NCBI GenBank assembly: GCA_964234715.1
Contig: OZ174286.1
Length of the DNA stretch: 64,000 nucleotides
Strand: one strand, 5' to 3'
From: Podarcis melisellensis
Taxonomy: Eukaryota
Part shown: positions 1 to 11,900 of the stretch, in pieces
Numbering within the stretch: the stretch's first letter is position 1
How the letters are laid out: the number at the start of each line of letters is the position of its first letter
The notes under the pieces: model-generated
Database searches by the model: none
The model's input: only the letters and a program-made list of their open reading frames with translations
What the model was told of the DNA's origin: nothing
Program-made: the position numbers and the translations under genes

Positions 1-260
1 CACAACGACCCAGAAGTTATAAAAAAGGGCCCGTGGCAAAACAAGATCTCCACGCATTCCAGGAAAAGACTCCAATTCCAAATAACATTGTGACAGGACC
101 AGAGTGTGCCATTTGTTTCTGTTTTGTTTTCTTGAGTTTATACACATGTACTTGTGATGTAGAACTGTAGATAATTTGAAAGGGGTGTTATACCAGTTGC
201 CAAGAGCAGAGCTTAAGTGGAAACTGTACTCCATAGCTAGCAAATTTCTTTGGCCTCTCA

Positions 261-305
261 TACACACACACAAACACACACACACACACAAACATATATA
301 TATAT
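261..305. repeat. (CA)n/(TA)n microsatellite
   Basis: Direct reading. Confidence 0.9.
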
Positions 306-2377
306 GAGAAAGAGAGAACGATATGTATTGTGTTGTGTATCCCTGCACTTTTGTTGTTGACAATGCTTTCCCCCTCTTACTCAAGAAACACAGTTTTGTT
401 TTGTTTTGTTTTAAAAAAGCATCCTATGGATGCAGTTTTATTAAAACACATTATTGACAGGAAGCAAATAGTTTCCTTTACCACCATCTTCTTGCGCATC
501 TTCAATAACCACTTGGGCCTGATGGTTATATGGAAAAACAAACCAGGGCTGTCTAGTGCGTGGAGCCAGTTAAGGACATTCAGGGATCATAAGAGTCTGT
601 TTGCATCTTTCTTATCACCTAACACGAGCAAAAGACTTGGATTCTCATATTGGCCATAGTTCGGTATCTGGCCATGCAGTTATCTTGCAAAGTAATCCTG
701 GCGAGGCATCGCGGAGCATGTTTGGGAAGATGCATTTTCATCTAGCCTGCCTCTTTATGGGGAAAGATGAAGGCTGAACTTCTTTGCTGGGGCATGAAAA
801 CATTCTCCTCCCAGTTTGGCTAGGCCAGTCCCCATGTGAGGTAACTTAACAGTAGAGACAAGCTAGTCATGAAAATAGTGGTTAATTGTGACGTTTTAGT
901 TGCTATAATAAAGGCATTGTTGCCCTAATATGGAATTCGGAAGTTTTCTTATTGGCCAACACAATTACCTTTTATATTAATAACCACACAATTCCATCCC
1001 TTCGGATTTTGAGCCGTAACACGGAATTATCCTGAAGTTCAAAGCCAGCCCAAGGCATTTAGTTGCCAAAAGCAGACAATCCAAGTGACACGCTCTGCTT
1101 CCCACTAAGTAACGTGGAGCACAGTCCACTGGGAACTCATTGGCATGAATGAAAACTGTGCCCTGCCATGCTCTTGCTCATTTCCTGTCCATTCCAATGG
1201 GGAAATGGCTCAGATCTGTCCAGTTTTCCACCCTTAGTGACACCCTTAATCCTCCATCTGGGGCTGCAGCCTCTCCCTAAATTTGTTTTACAGCTCTTAA
1301 CAAATTCTAGGCGATCACTAAGTAAATACTATTAACTTCTGGGAGCCAATTGACATTGATAGGGGAATTTTAACATGCTTGCTTATTAACAGGTAATAAC
1401 AGGACTACTAAAATACTGGGTTTTTCTTTTTTTAAACATAGGTCTTTAAATCTGTACACAGTGGAGTTGCAATGACTGTGGAAAGCAATAAAGTGCTCTA
1501 GCTGAAAGCCAGCCAGCAGCTATTTAGCCAATACCTGCAGCAAATCTGGCCTGCTAAGGAGCTTTCAGTGGCTGCCAGTTGTAGAAAATGTTTCCAGCCT
1601 TTTTCTTCTTCCAGCTCAGATAGCTAATTCTCCAAGCATTTGGCACCCAGATTGTTGGGGAACCACCGAAAACAAATAAAGTATGTTCCCATAAGGTGTT
1701 TTGGTTTACATAAACACAAAGGTGGCAAAACAGATACCAAGTGTGTGTAATACTTGGTCCCGCTGCTTTGCTTTGCCAAGGGGGGAATTCCAGCTGGAAC
1801 AATGTGTTGCTCGGAACGAGCTCTGGAAACTCTGCACAGAAATGTTATGAGTGAAACAAAATGAGAAGTAAGGGGACTCCGTCAAACACAGTGCAATCTT
1901 TTCTTTCTTTTTGTTTTAAAAGGTTGTCCACCACTGGGGACATCTCCTGGAGGCCCCCACCAGGACCAGGCTAAGGCAATTAGTAGTTGCACCCAAATCT
2001 AGACCTGGAGGGTCTCCAGCTCAGGTTCCAGGTGTGCTGTGGCTTCAGCCAGACTGTAGCCGTCAGAACCTACTACATTTTTGAAATGTCAGGGACAGAA
2101 GACCAATGCAGACATTTGTTTCTGCTTGCCAGGGCTTTTGTTTCATGGCACTATTCACTTTTGGCATTATTTAGTTGACAACCTTCTTGCCTTGTACATG
2201 GAGATCATAGTCAACTGTTTTTGTTGACTGTGTTGCTGAGTCTACAGGAGAGGAGCAGAAGTGCGTAGAACTAATTGGCTTCTGAGGCAGAAAGAGAAGG
2301 AAACCACACCTCTCTGAGACAAAATGAAAATGGAGGGGAAACCTGTCTCAAATATTATAATAGTCATCTCCATCCTA

Positions 2378-2496
2378 GTATCCCCCAGATGCTTTGGCCT
2401 TCACTCCCACCAGCCCCAGCTTGCATGGCCAACCATCAGAGATAATGGAAGGTTGTTGTCTCAAATGTCTGGAGGGTACCAAGTTGGGGAAAGCTG
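2378..2496. mobile_element. Degraded short palindromic hAT-type MITE
   Basis: Similar to the 38733-38868 copy (cagatgctttgg...catctggagggtaccaagttggggaaagctg-like ends). Confidence 0.6.
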
Positions 2497-2593
2497 CACT
2501 CGAGTCATGAGTATTAATAGCAGGAACACGTTTTTGCCCAACTGCTTCTACAGCCCAATGGATAGCTAGTGTGTTTATTGCACATAAAGTCAA

Positions 2594-2683
2594 TGACGAG
2601 ATTGTCATTGACCGGCCTATCTATTTTAAATGTATTCTGAATGTTCTTATGTGACGCCAATAAAGGTTACTTGACTTGACTTG
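2594..2683 (+). mobile_element. 5'-truncated LINE 3' end with (ACTTG)n tail
   Basis: 90-bp insert with AATAAA and an ACTTG tandem tail, flanked by a perfect 12-bp TSD acataaagtcaa (2582-2593 and 2684-2695). Family not identified. Confidence 0.8.
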
Positions 2684-5600
2684 ACATAAAGTCAAAATGG
2701 GCTGCAATCTGGAATAGAGAGGGCACAAACAATATTCCCTTGCCCCATACCATAGGTCCCCAATTACAGCCTGGAGTTGGGGGCACAGTTCAGACAGTGG
2801 CAAAAGGTGTGCACACTGGCATCTTTATGGGCATAGGTAAAGGGCATGTTTCCTCTGATGAGCCCCTCCTGGGGCACACCTCTTATTTTCTCACATATAG
2901 CCGAAACACTGCTTTCTACTCTATGGGGAAAAGCAAAACTGCAGTCATCCTTCTTTGGCAAGATGCCCACAGCCAGCCCCCACTCCAGGCTACCCTTCCT
3001 GCACTGACATGACCTTCACCCTAACACTGGGCAGCCTAACTTCCACTGACAGATGTAGCAGTATGTATCCTCCCCATCACTCCCTGAAAAATGCTTCATC
3101 GTCAAGAGAAGAAACTGAATATTAATTGCCTTTCTCTTTATTTTTTGTTTTTCATGCTAGAATGAAAAAATAGATGTGGCTGAAGTTAGTCAGCTGTTCC
3201 CTAGGACCATGCACATAGTTTATAAAGCACTATGTGAATTTACCAGACCAACTGAACAAGAGACCAATAGGACAAAGCCTTTATGAGAACTGATATTCTA
3301 AGATCATGAAGCAGAATTGCTGAGTTACGCACTAATGGTACATCTTCAGTGTGTTCATATTCTGCACTTCTTATTTCAAAGGAGGGAAGTAATGCTTCAG
3401 GAATGGGTATAGCACTGACTTAGCAGAGACTTCACATTGATGCAAAATGTTGATTACACATATGCAGGTAGACAAGTGATAAATAAGAAAGATACTGGAA
3501 AACCTTTAATGCCTGTCAGAGGACTCCTATTGGTCTGTATTAACCATGCCCTCAGTTCAGCAAGCCTCCCAAGAAGATTGCGTTTGCTTTGATATTTCAA
3601 TAGAAAATGTTATTATCATTAAAGTTTCGCAGGAGATTGTGTTTTATTCATTATGAAGGCAGAATGAAAAGTTTTGCTTTCGAGCCCAAGGGGAATATCT
3701 TGTTTGAGGAAGGGAACAGATGCCTTTCACTTTAAGAAAGAAAAAAACCACAGAAAAAAACCCCTCTCCCAAACCACTGCTCAACTGCCGGAGACAAAAT
3801 CAAGACAGAAAAGAAAGGTGATAGCTGAAAGAAGAGGTCTGTCCTTGGGCTTTGGAGCCAAAGATTTTGAGGACTTGATGGCAGAGTTAACTGTGGTTTC
3901 CTCACCTGGAGTAGTGGTTGGGTTTGTTTCTTCTTGATTCAGCAGCTCCTGGAAGGTATGGCTAGTACTTTTCTCTGTGCTCACCAATATCAGCATCCTT
4001 ATCACTAGTATACCTGTGTTTGAATTGTAGTACTGCTGCAGGTGGAGGCTTACATGACTGAATGTTCCCCTTAGTTGGGGTGGGGAGGAATCCCTTTAGA
4101 GTAAAAGAAGAAAAAGGAGAAATGCTGCCTGTCACAGTTCTCAGCAACCCCCTGGCCCTTTTGAAGTTGTGCTCCTGAAACACCCTGGAGAACTAGAGTC
4201 ATTGGCCTTGTAGAGAAATAGGAAAGGTCATAGAAGCCTCTCATTGCCAGTATTGCTCTGCATTGCCCGTAGCTTGGGAATAACGTAGTCCTTAATTTTG
4301 AAAAAAGAAACTGCTCAGAAACTGTTGATGGGTTCCAGCTCATTTGTGTTATCGTAGCATGACCCATTAAAGAAAAACTTATATCCCACTGTTTGGATTA
4401 GTTAGTCCTGTATATTTCCAGTGTAGCCCTATACACTGACTTTCATTTAAGAGGACTCCACTTCCATAGGCGCTGTTCATATATTTTCCTCTTCTGGCAA
4501 TTTGGGGATCAGACAATCCTTAGTATATTTCTTCACTGGGGAAATATTGGTTAGAGTGAAGGTAGATGAGGCAGATGTCAATTTAAGGACTGATGCCCTT
4601 TCCTTTTCTGGTAAGACTATATAATAAGAAAAATATTGTATTAGGAGGAGCGAGCCAACAGGAAACCAAGCTGGCAGCTATAAAAGCCATACATAGATAA
4701 ATCACATACACACACCAGTTACATATTTATAAGGTCCCCAGTTTGGTTCAAGTCAAGTTCTCTCTGTAGGGGCTCTTTCAAATAAGTATTTGAAGAAGAT
4801 TTCTGTATGAATATTCAAAGCGTTTCTATCCACCTCCCTTTGCACCCACAGGCATGTAGAATTTACTGTTTACCTGTGAGCTGTGTGGAGTTTCAATTCC
4901 TTTGGTGCAATTGATTTCAATGGTTGAGTACATTATCCCCCCTTTCTCCCATTTCACATGTTACTTTTTTGGCAGTAGAGTACACAGCACTTAGCAGCTG
5001 GTTTGTGAAACCATCAGTCAGGAAATTGCATGATAAATAGGGGGTAGCCAGGTTTAGTGGCACTTTATTCTGCTTCAGCAGTTTTAGCTTGACTTTGGAA
5101 AAATCACCATGTGGTATTTTGTCAAGGGTTGCAACAAGAGATGGCTAGAGTGCAGCAACTTAGCATACATCCTGCTTGAGCTATGATGTTCCACAGCTGT
5201 GTTGCTCATGTGTAAGGAATAAACTCTGAGCTGGATAATTATGGTGAATGCCACTTTTTCGGATTTCTTCTCATCATGCTGGTGGCTGTAGACAGCTCTG
5301 TTACAGTGATTGACTGCTTTGTCTCTGCCCTCCCCACACAATGGAAACTGCAAACAAGGTGCAATTAAGAACTGGTGAGGAGCTTAATGCAAGAGGACTC
5401 ACAAAAGGGTCTCTTTAAATTCATGATCAAGTTTCTTGCGGCATAATATTACAGTATTTAAATTGCATACAGTATAATACTATTAGATGCTTAAGAGCAC
5501 TTGCATTGCTTCACAAACTGCATTTTCTTGTATGAGTAAATGTGAAAACATAGGGGCTTTGCAGTTGTGTACAGAAAGCTAACTATCAGCAGGCATGATC

Positions 5601-5808
5601 CTGAAAGTGGCTTCCATGTAGGAATTTAGTCATATGGTCCTCATTCATCTACACATGAATTATATACATCAGGCTGCTAGGATTGATGCTTCTTTGTAAG
5701 TAAGGGTGATCTGAAAGTATCTGGGGGATTGTGCTCCAAGCCTTTTGGTTTCAATGCATGTGGTCCTGCTGCTGAGTTATGGATGCTCCCTATTAGCTAG
5801 GCTTAAGT

Positions 5809-6051
5809 CAGGGGTCAGCAACCTTTTTCAGCCGTGGGCCGGTCCACTGTCCCTGAAACCGTGTGGTGGGCCGGACTATATTTTGAAGAAAAAAAATGAA
5901 CAAATTCCTATGCCCCACAAATAATCCAGAGATGCATTTTAAATAAAAGGACACATTCTACTCATGTAAAAACATTGATTCCTGGACTGTCCGCGGGCCG
6001 GATTGAGAAGACGATTGGGCCGGCCCCTGGACCTTAGGTTGCCTACCCCTG
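5809..6051. mobile_element. Non-autonomous hAT (Charlie-like) element
   Basis: TIRs caggggtcagcaacct / aggttgcctacccctg; 8-bp TSD gcttaagt/gattaagt; gggccgg subterminal motifs. Confidence 0.85.
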
Positions 6052-6963
6052 GATTAAGTGAATGGAGTCTTTAGTTGAGCTGGTATCAAATAGGAATTCT
6101 GCATCTGGAACAGGCTCAGTTTGTTGTGTTGAAGCTCTAGTCAATGTAAACATTTTAGGATTTTGCCTTTGTACCACAGGCAGCTTTCAGCTTCTATATG
6201 CTCCAACATGTCTCTTAACAAAGAAGATAAAGTGTGGGTAGAATTGGTGGCATTATTTCAGGATAGGTGCAAAGGATTGGCCGCTTTTTAAGGATTTCCT
6301 TACTCCAAGAAACCCACACCGAAAGCTGTTTAATGTGCCTGTTTCAGAAATACGATCTTGGCAGCCTGGGGCTTAAGCAATGTGAAGGGATGTTTGTCTT
6401 GGAGGAGATGAATACAAACAATCTTTTATGAGGTATCACAGCATTTATGGTTAATGTTTTCTACTGGAGAATCCAAATGCAAGTTCTTAAGTAAGACTCG
6501 CTGTTTGTCACAGAGGTTGCTCCACATGAACTGAAATGTGTGTCAGCTCCATGCCCCTGTGAGTCCCTATAATTCATGCTAAGCCTTGTGGAAGTTGGTG
6601 GGGGTTGCAGAGAACTTTCCCATACGAATCAAGGCCTATATCTTTGTGTTTAAGAGGGAGGACAGAAGTTGAGGCGCTAGAAATTATTGTTTTAAGTGGT
6701 ACTTTGTCGTTTACATTAGCAATCCATTGCAGTTCCCCAAGGTTCAGGATCAATTCAGACTTGCTGGTAAGAAAGCAATTTAAGAGTCAGAATCTAAAGT
6801 TTTTTTTATGGCAACTGTGATCTGAATATGATCTGATATATGTGAACTTATATGAGGTCTCTGTTCATGTGGATGGTGTCTGAGTAGCTTACTCGTTAGA
6901 TTTCCACATGTTGGGAACCACCCTGAGAACCTTTGATGAAGGGCAGTATAGTAGTAGTAGTAA

Positions 6964-7314
6964 AAGGTAAAAGGACCCCTGACCCATTAGGTCCAGTCAT
7001 GACCCACTCTGGGGTTGCGGCACTCATCTCGCTTTATTGGCTGAGGGAGCCGGCGTACAGCTTCTGGGTCATGTGGGCAGCAAGACTAAGCAGCTTCTGG
7101 CGAACCAGAGCAGCGCACGGAAACGCCGTTTACCTTCCCGCAGCAGCGGTACCTATTTATCTACTTGCACTTTGACGTGCTTTCGAACTGCTAGGTGGGC
7201 AGGAGCAGGGACCGAGCAACGGGAGCTCACCCCGTCACGGGGATTCGAACCGCCGGCCTTCTGATTGGCAAGTCCTAGGCTCTGTGGTTTAACCCACAGC
7301 GCCACCCGTGTCCC
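6964..7314 (-). mobile_element. Sauria SINE (lacertid-type), full length
   Basis: tRNA-like head with a B-box (gggattcgaacc on +), typical body (ttaccttcccgc...ggtacctatttatctacttgcac), (ACCTTT) tail, and a 15-bp TSD tagtagtagtagtaa. Confidence 0.92.
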
Positions 7315-8352
7315 TAGTAGTAGTAGTAATAAACACTTTATCCATTAGGAATGAATTATTATCTGTTTTCCTTACTATAAACAGCTGTCTTTTGTCAGGC
7401 TGCATGTTTTAAATAGTGTACTTACATCGTGGATTTTTCAGCCTTTCTGTATTGTGACCCAAGTTCTGGTTTGCATGTTCTTTGTGGGCCACTGCATATT
7501 TGCTTCTTACAGCTTCCTAAGGGAGGCTGGTGGAAGAACTTCCAAGTGAAACCTCAGTTTCTTCTGCATTCCACTAATGCTGTTGTGAACATGTGAGGGA
7601 GAATGGAAAGAGGAGGAAATGTTCCTCTGTCATTTCACCCAAGACACTGCAACAAATTGTGGCCAACAAGACGTTATGAGAAATAATGTGGCTGCAGCTT
7701 CTCTATATTTCGCCACACTAACATGTGGTAGAATAAACACAGGACGCAGTGAAGTAAACATTCCCCCTCCAGTTAATTGTCTGCTGTTTGCAGGGGGTGG
7801 AGAAGCACTAATCCTGATCATGTTGCATCATGCACTTCATTTATGAAACATTACTAGGGAGGTATGTGGGGGGGGGCAGCTCCAGTAGTACTTTGCAATG
7901 GACTTTGCTACACTATATTTTTACAAGTACTTTAAAAAAAGAAAGAAACACATGCTAATAATAATAAATATTGGGGTGTGCTTATGAAAGGCTAGCTGAT
8001 CTCTTTGATCTGACACTTCACATATGCGCACTGCAATTATTTATTAAAGACTTCTTTATGTAATTTTCCATTAAAGTGATGAAAAGAGAATATTAAAATT
8101 AAGACATGAATATTCATGTGTGCCAAGCAAATTGGATGAGCCAAACTCTGTATCTTACACATTTGGCTTGGGTACATGTAAATGCAAAGGTATATTCAGT
8201 GCTGTGCAATATTATTGTTGCTGTGTGCCTCTTCATGCTTCTTGGCAGGTTTGTGTCTTCAGGGGTGCGGAAAATTTCAAAATGTGGTGTGATTCTCTGA
8301 GAATCTCTGTATTCTTTCTTTTCTTTTTTAAGCCTTATGGCTGCTTGTGATA

Positions 8353-8550
8353 GGCCGTAGCTCAGTGGTAGAGCTCATGCTTTGCATAGCAGAAGGTCTC
8401 CGGTTCAGTACCTGGCACCTCTAGCCAGCCAGAAATACGTAGCAAGTGATATGAAAGAGCCACCTCGGCCACTGCCAGCCAATGTAGAATAAATTGGGCT
8501 AGATGGACAAATAGTCTGGTCAGCTACAAGGCCTCTTGCTGTGTTCCTAA
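8353..8550 (+). mobile_element. tRNA-derived SINE (Squam3-like), degraded
   Basis: A-box gtagctcagtggtagagc, B-box-like ggttcagtacc, CR1-like tail gctagatggac...gtgttccta. Confidence 0.75.
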
Positions 8551-8702
8551 GCCATGCTTGGTAGTGGGCAGTGCACTTCGAAACCAGAAACGTCAACAGG
8601 ATTGCTCAGTGAGTTTTCGGTGGCCAGAGGTTTGACCCCCGAAGGCTCACTCATCCATTGGCTCCCGAGACAGACGGATGCCAACCACAGGCCAGAGGGT
8701 AG

Positions 8703-9113
<411 letters not shown>

Positions 9114-10949
9114 TAAGTATGAACTCTTGCAGCACCTTGGCTTACTAAAGAACAGCTGAAGAAAAACATCATAAGTCACGGCATCTTTTGTGCTGCTTGA
9201 GCAACCTATAGCAGCAGGAGAACAACTTCCTTTAGCAGACCCCTTTAAGAGGTCTCCCCATAGTTTAAAAGCAACACCCTCCTCCTCTAAATGTGGATGG
9301 GTTGATTGCAATGAGCACACTCAGTGCATGTTTAGAGGTGCTCTTGTAATGAAAATTGGCTCCAGATGACGTGATAACTTTGTGGTGTTGGTTCAGTGCC
9401 TTTCACATGACTGGAAGAATCCACACGAAAGCCAAACAATTTTTCTTACGATATGCCTTTTCTGACTCTGGTTCCTATCTGTATTTCATTTCTACTTCGT
9501 TTTGCAAAGTATCCGAGAAATTGGGATTGATAGGCGCAGGGTAGGCAAATTAGTGTCAGACTTGGCTGGACTGAAGCGTGATTACACACACACGTGTATA
9601 ATTCCCCACAGTGGACTCAAGATATCATGCCACCAGGAGGTTTTGGGGTGTCATAGCTTTCCTATCTGTGCTACCAGAAAAACACAGGGAAAGCTGCATG
9701 TGTTTTACAGGAGCCGCCTGTCTGATGGTGTGGAGCCAAAGTGGCAGTGAGGTCAAGGTTATATGGACTCACTCATGGGAATGTTGAGTTGGCTCCATCA
9801 GTGCATCAGCACTAGGATGGCTGTCCTGTTTTGCCACCTGAGACACCCTGTGCCCATCCCCACCAAAGCTTTGTTTACTGGGATTGCAATGTAACCGCTT
9901 CTGGGTTCCAGCAAGACCTTGAGAGCCCCACAAGATTTCACAGGAACCCAGAAGCTATTTATTCTCACTTCTGCAGCAGTGTCCCTTGGATTCCACTGTC
10001 CAAGGCAGCTGCCTCATGGACGGTCCAGCCCTGATCATCACAGCCCTTCCTGATAAACAGCCACATGACTTCTGCACTGATGCTAAATATGACTAATGCT
10101 AAATAGGTTCCCTTTTAAACTCGGTTTGCAAACCTATTGGAACCCCTGATTAAGAGAGGCCAACCTGATTAACAGAATCCATCGTCTGCAGTGTTGCATG
10201 TTGCAAGAAATACATTATGGTTAAGGGAGACAAAGAAAAGCTAGAGAGGGAATGAGAGAGAAAGTGTGCATCCCTGAAGGTGCTTCCTGATTTGCAAACT
10301 GAGGTGCTTAAATGTTCCATTGTACCTTTGGAAAGGTTTTGTGGTGCAGCAAAAGGGCAAGATTTACTCTTGGAATGCCTGGGGTTTATCTGTCTGTGGG
10401 TTCACTGAAGCAAAACAATCCTACTGCCTTAGCAGTGAAACTTGTAATAGGTAGCTACCAACTATTACCTATATATTTTGTTGACATTTATTCTATGAGT
10501 TGTCATTCTATAAATACTAAATCAGTGTTTCCCAACCTTTTTGGGGCAAAGGCACACTAGTTTCATGAAAAAAATCTCGAGGCACACCACCATGCCAGAT
10601 GGGGAAAGGTCACTTTTTACTTATGTAAAAAAAAATAAAAAAAATAGTAACTTCCAACGAATTCTGTAGGTCTTGTTTCTGAATCATTAAAGCTGCATTT
10701 GGGAAGGATTCGTAAGGGCGCACAGCAACTCAGTCCCACCAACTCCACAGCAGGGTTCTCAGGTTCAGTGAAGGGCTCCCTCAGGGGGGCACATATATAC
10801 ACCTGGGCTCCCGAAAAGCTGCCGCAAGAGCCCTTCAGGAGTTCACATAGCGCAGGCCTGAAGGCTGCAGCTTCCCACTTAGCATCCCGCCAGAGGAGGA
10901 AACCTCAAGTGGGCGACCTGTTTTTTCCCCCTCCCGCCTCCCTTTTGGA

Positions 10950-11900
10950 GCGCAGAGTTTTGAAGGCCGGCATCAACTCCGTTTTCCCGGATACTTCCCG
11001 CTCGAACCGAGGGCTGGGTGAAGCAAGGGCGGCGCTGCGCGTTTTACCTCCACGGCGCAGGGGCTCTGGCTCGCCTTCAGCCACCGCACGACAGCGCTGG
11101 CTGCCACTTCGTCCTGCAGCAACAGCTCCATAACAGCCGCCATGCCCACCTCTCTCCTCCTCTAGCACTACCGCGCGTGCGAGCCTCCGGGGCGGGCGCA
11201 CAAGGAGCGTGGGCGCCACCCCTCGACGCCGTCCGAAAAGCCGCCAAAAAGCCCTAAAAAAAGAGGAGCAGCAAAAAAAAAACACCACACACGGGGGGCG
11301 TGTTCTAATTCACTTCTAACTCCGGGTTAGAGCGCAGCACGTGGAGGATGGGTGGGGAAAGAGAGAGGAGGCGCACTGATAGAACGCCAGGCACGGGGGC
11401 CGCCAGGGAGAGCCAGCGCGCGCCCCGCCCCGGACGCTCGCGGCCACCGCCGTCCCTCCCTCCCAGGGAAGGCGGGATTAAAGCAAGCGCCCGGGCAGCA
11501 AGAAGCGCGCGCGCGCGCGCCGGCCCTGCCCTGGATCCCTCAGAACTGCCAGTCTCTGGGAAAGTGGGCGTGGCTTCAGAACTCTCAGGCAGCAGCGCCC
11601 GCCGCCCGGCAAGGCTTCCCATTGGGAGGCGCGAATGCTTTAGTGGACGGGGATTGGTGCAAATATAGGCAGGGCGGGCTGAGAGGAGGAGCCGCCGCCG
11701 AGGAGCAGCGGCACCAGCAGCGTTTCCTCTCCCCCCTCCCCTCCCGTGTCAACAAGCGGGGCGCCTGCGCCGGGGGTTTGCGCGTCAGGCAGGCAGCCAG
11801 GCAGGCAGACGGCGAGAGCCCCGCGCTGGGCGGCCTCTCCTCGCCGCCGCCGCCCCGCCTCTCGCCGCCCGACTCGCCCGCCTCCCTCCCACAGCACACC
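10950..11900. promoter_or_regulatory. CpG island with promoter motifs inside the hAT element
   Basis: Very GC/CpG-rich against an AT-rich, CpG-poor background. GC boxes 11189-11196 and 11423-11431; E2F-like TTTTGGCGGC on - strand 11240-11249; E-box 11338-11343; two ATTGG at 11621 and 11653; TATA-like aaatatag at 11661; NRF1-like gcgcctgcgc 11761-11770; (GC)8 at 11505-11520. Confidence 0.8.
11048..11143 (-). pseudogene. CDAN1: Captured first coding exon of CDAN1 (codanin-1) with intact splice donor
   Basis: 32 codons, MAAVMELLLQDEVAASAVVRWLKASQSPCAVE, followed by GAG|gtaaaa. Aligns with the recalled human codanin-1 N-terminus [30 protein letters not shown]. Strong Kozak context (ggcATGG). No further CDAN1 exons seen in the window. 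Confidence 0.82.

Noticed and set aside
3674-4367. Several ORFs with protein-like composition (ELLNQEETNPTTTPGEETT)
   Set aside because: No recognisable homology or splice structure; probably chance or an ancient remnant.
8353-8425. tRNA gene (also 51655-51730)
   Set aside because: Degenerate tRNA-like heads continue into SINE bodies and tails.
11048-11143. Functional nested CDAN1 gene or processed pseudogene
   Set aside because: No downstream CDAN1 exons were recognised in 1-11047, intron sequence follows the exon, and there is no polyA tail.
10900-11900. Native intronic or alternative GLI3 CpG-island promoter
   Set aside because: It is bounded by hAT TIRs and an 8-bp TSD and contains another gene's first exon, so it is imported.
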